From Mesotoga sp. UBA6090 (GTDB lineage Bacteria > Thermotogota > Thermotogae > Petrotogales > Kosmotogaceae), in assembly GCF_002435945.1 (NCBI RefSeq), contig NZ_DIXC01000057.1, forward strand, positions 1,141 to 65,140: 64,000 bases of DNA. Direction: 5' to 3'. Under the pieces are notes generated by a model. The model was given only the letters and a program-made list of their open reading frames with translations, was not told the origin of the DNA and did no database searches. Positions 62,158 through 64,000 of this stretch are shown here, one piece after another. How positions within the stretch are numbered: the stretch's first letter is position 1; every line of letters begins with the position of its first letter. A program made the position numbers and the translations under genes.

Positions 62158-62266
62158 CCTTTCGATTTGACTATCAAACTCTATTTAATCACAATCTTGC
62201 ACTCAGCTCGTCTTTATGAGATTATCAATTATATAGCTGATTAGATATTCCTGGGGAGGTGTTCTC

Positions 62267-63226
62267 TTGAGCAATCCCGCAAGAGCAGAAATCGGAGATC
62301 TGCAAGGAATGATTGACCTTGCATCTCTTGTCTTCAAGAGCGAAATGGGAAAGATCTTTCCTGTTTTGTTTTCAGAAGAGAATGTTGAAAACATGACAAT
62401 CGTTAAGGAGGACGGGAGGCCGGTGTCGATGATCGGCTTACTTCCTAGAGAAATATCTTTATTCGGACACAGGATTAAGGCCGGCCTTATCGGTTCAGTC
62501 TGCACTCACCCGGACTACCGTGGGAAGAACTACGGCGCCGTGAATCTCGCGAAGGCCGAAGAACTCGCAATAGATATTGGCCTAGCAATTCTCATAATTT
62601 CCGGAGGGAGAGGCTTGTACCAGCGGTTCGGAGCGGTAAGACCGCCGGGCATGAAGAGAATTCTCGTTAAGCCGGGAAGAACAGCTTCTATGAGAGAAGC
62701 GAGGATTTCAGACATAGATAAGATTCTCTATCTCCACAGAATGAAACCCTTGAGATACATCAGAAACTTCACTGATTTCGAGAAAACCTTCTCAACGGGT
62801 TACGCGGAGGCACGTAAGGCAAAAACCTTCTTGAGTGAAAAGGCATACATTACCGTTGTCGAGAGAGAAGACAGTCATCACGTGATTGAATACGGTGGGA
62901 GCAGCAAAGATGTAATCTCCTTGACAAGGGGCTACATCGAGAAACGCGGACTCAAGGAATGCATTATTGTTGCCGAAAGACACTTCAGGGCAGAGGAGAG
63001 CCTTCCGTTCGAGTTTCCCGGAACGGCGAAAATTATCTCCAAGAGAAGCTTCTTTGATCAAATGGAGGGTTACTTCACGGAGATTATGCCTTCAGAGGAC
63101 TATGACAGATTCATAGAGACTGTCGAAAGACTGTCGCTGGCCGAATTCAATCAGGAAGTCTTTTGCTGCAGTAAATTTAAGGGACTGCCTCTTTCTCTTC
63201 CAAACTACGGATTTGATTACATTTGA
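62267..63226 (+). CDS. GNAT family N-acetyltransferase with a C-terminal extension
   Basis: 319 aa. TTG follows GGGGAGGTG. The acetyl-CoA-binding-like motif is VCTHPDYRGKNYGAVNLAKA. Confidence 0.7.
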   Translation: MSNPARAEIGDLQGMIDLASLVFKSEMGKIFPVLFSEENVENMTIVKEDGRPVSMIGLLPREISLFGHRIKAGLIGSVCTHPDYRGKNYGAVNLAKAEELAIDIGLAILIISGGRGLYQRFGAVRPPGMKRILVKPGRTASMREARISDIDKILYLHRMKPLRYIRNFTDFEKTFSTGYAEARKAKTFLSEKAYITVVEREDSHHVIEYGGSSKDVISLTRGYIEKRGLKECIIVAERHFRAEESLPFEFPGTAKIISKRSFFDQMEGYFTEIMPSEDYDRFIETVERLSLAEFNQEVFCCSKFKGLPLSLPNYGFDYI

Positions 63227-63235
63227 CAATCGGCG

Positions 63236-64000
63236 GCCAGTTCCGCTTCGAGGCCGAGGACAGTTGCAAGTTGCCTGTTCCAAGTTGTAAGCCCTAAAGT
63301 AAAGAAACGTCAGATACCTCGTTCTGAACATGAGGTCCGTTCTCGACATGCGTAGGGTCAAGAGATGGCGCGGTGTGAGTGCAGACCTTGTGAGGCCAGG
63401 CAGTTTACTCCCCTCTCGAGAGGGGATTAAAGAGCTTTTCAAGATCCCAGATCCTTACTTGCGCTCATTGCTTTTCCCTTCTCTCTACTCTCCGAATAAT
63501 GGTTTGACCAAGAACGAAGAAGAGGTTTCCTTTGCCGAAAGGATAACCGTCCAACGGCGAACCTGTTTTGTTGCTCTTTCCAGCGTTCAGCGTCGCTTAG
63601 CAAGCGCCAAGCGGCTCTTATCGGAGAACGGAGAACCGCTCAACGGCGAACCAGTTCCTGTCGCTCTGAACTCCTTTCAGCATCTCGAGTTCTCAAGGTT
63701 TTTTTGAACCTGCAACCCCGCCACGGTCTTCAGAAGCCCAGATCCCGCTTCAAGTCCGAGATGACAACCTCAATAACACTTAGGATGGTGATGGTTCAAC
63801 GGCTTCTGTTTGCCAAACCCCAGACTCCAGACCCGAAACCCGCGTATTAATTCCGTCTGAACCTGATTCAGAATCTCGCTCCTTCTTTTCTCGTCTTCTA
63901 AAGTCTTTTCGAGTCTGGTCAAAAACGAAGAACCGTTCAACGGTGGACCAGTTTCTTTTGCTCTGCCTCTTATCGCGAGACTCTAAACGCTTCCTTCACA
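63236..64000 (-). repeat. modular intergenic repeat, locus D (inverted orientation; increasingly degenerate units; runs off the window)
   Basis: Bases 63262-63289 form an AGTTGCA-type array that is the reverse complement of the R-arrays. Bases 63290-63530 are the reverse complement of module M2. Bases 63530-63670 and 63920-63975 are reverse-complement M1/M1b pieces. Confidence 0.8.

Overview
This 64-kb chromosomal window is dominated by long co-directional operons for carbohydrate and cell-wall sugar uptake and catabolism. The gene content, the strong GGAGG-type ribosome-binding sites (RBS) and the many sugar and Opp-type ABC systems suggest a Thermotogota genome, possibly Mesotoga- or Kosmotoga-like. 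That assignment is inference only and cannot be checked here.

In order, the window contains:
- a truncated nucleoside phosphorylase gene
- a multiply disrupted envelope-protein pseudogene
- a cofactor operon (NAPRTase-like, pdxS, pdxT, class II amidotransferase)
- a four-gene DUF2089 / SHOCT-like / DUF4097 / LiaF-like module
- a LacI-headed glycan operon (ABC importer, GH5-like, GH1-like, GH2)
- hemolysin III
- an orphan PdxA-family dehydrogenase
- an IS110-type transposase relic
- a large PTS-independent peptidoglycan/MurNAc recycling island (sugar ABC, NamZ, MurK-like kinase, GntR, MurQ, NagZ, AmiE-like hydrolase, AnmK, Opp-type ABC)
- an 11.6-kb pentose/deoxypentose/polyol locus
- a sensory diguanylate cyclase
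- an etfB-etfA-glcD-like (lactate dehydrogenase/Etf type) operon
- a class II aldolase
- an orphan 833-aa family-5 binding protein
- TraB and a GNAT acetyltransferase

I found no rRNA, tRNA or CRISPR array.

The main unexplained signal is a modular, non-coding repeat family at four intergenic loci (about 29.07-29.72, 37.75-38.43, 55.80-56.75 and 63.24-64.00 kb). Its units are bracketed by inverted arrays of AGTTGCA-like heptads. Several near-consensus promoters with perfect palindromic operators, and hairpins after binding-protein genes, are also visible.

All functional calls rest on my own motif recognition in the translated ORFs. No database search was run.
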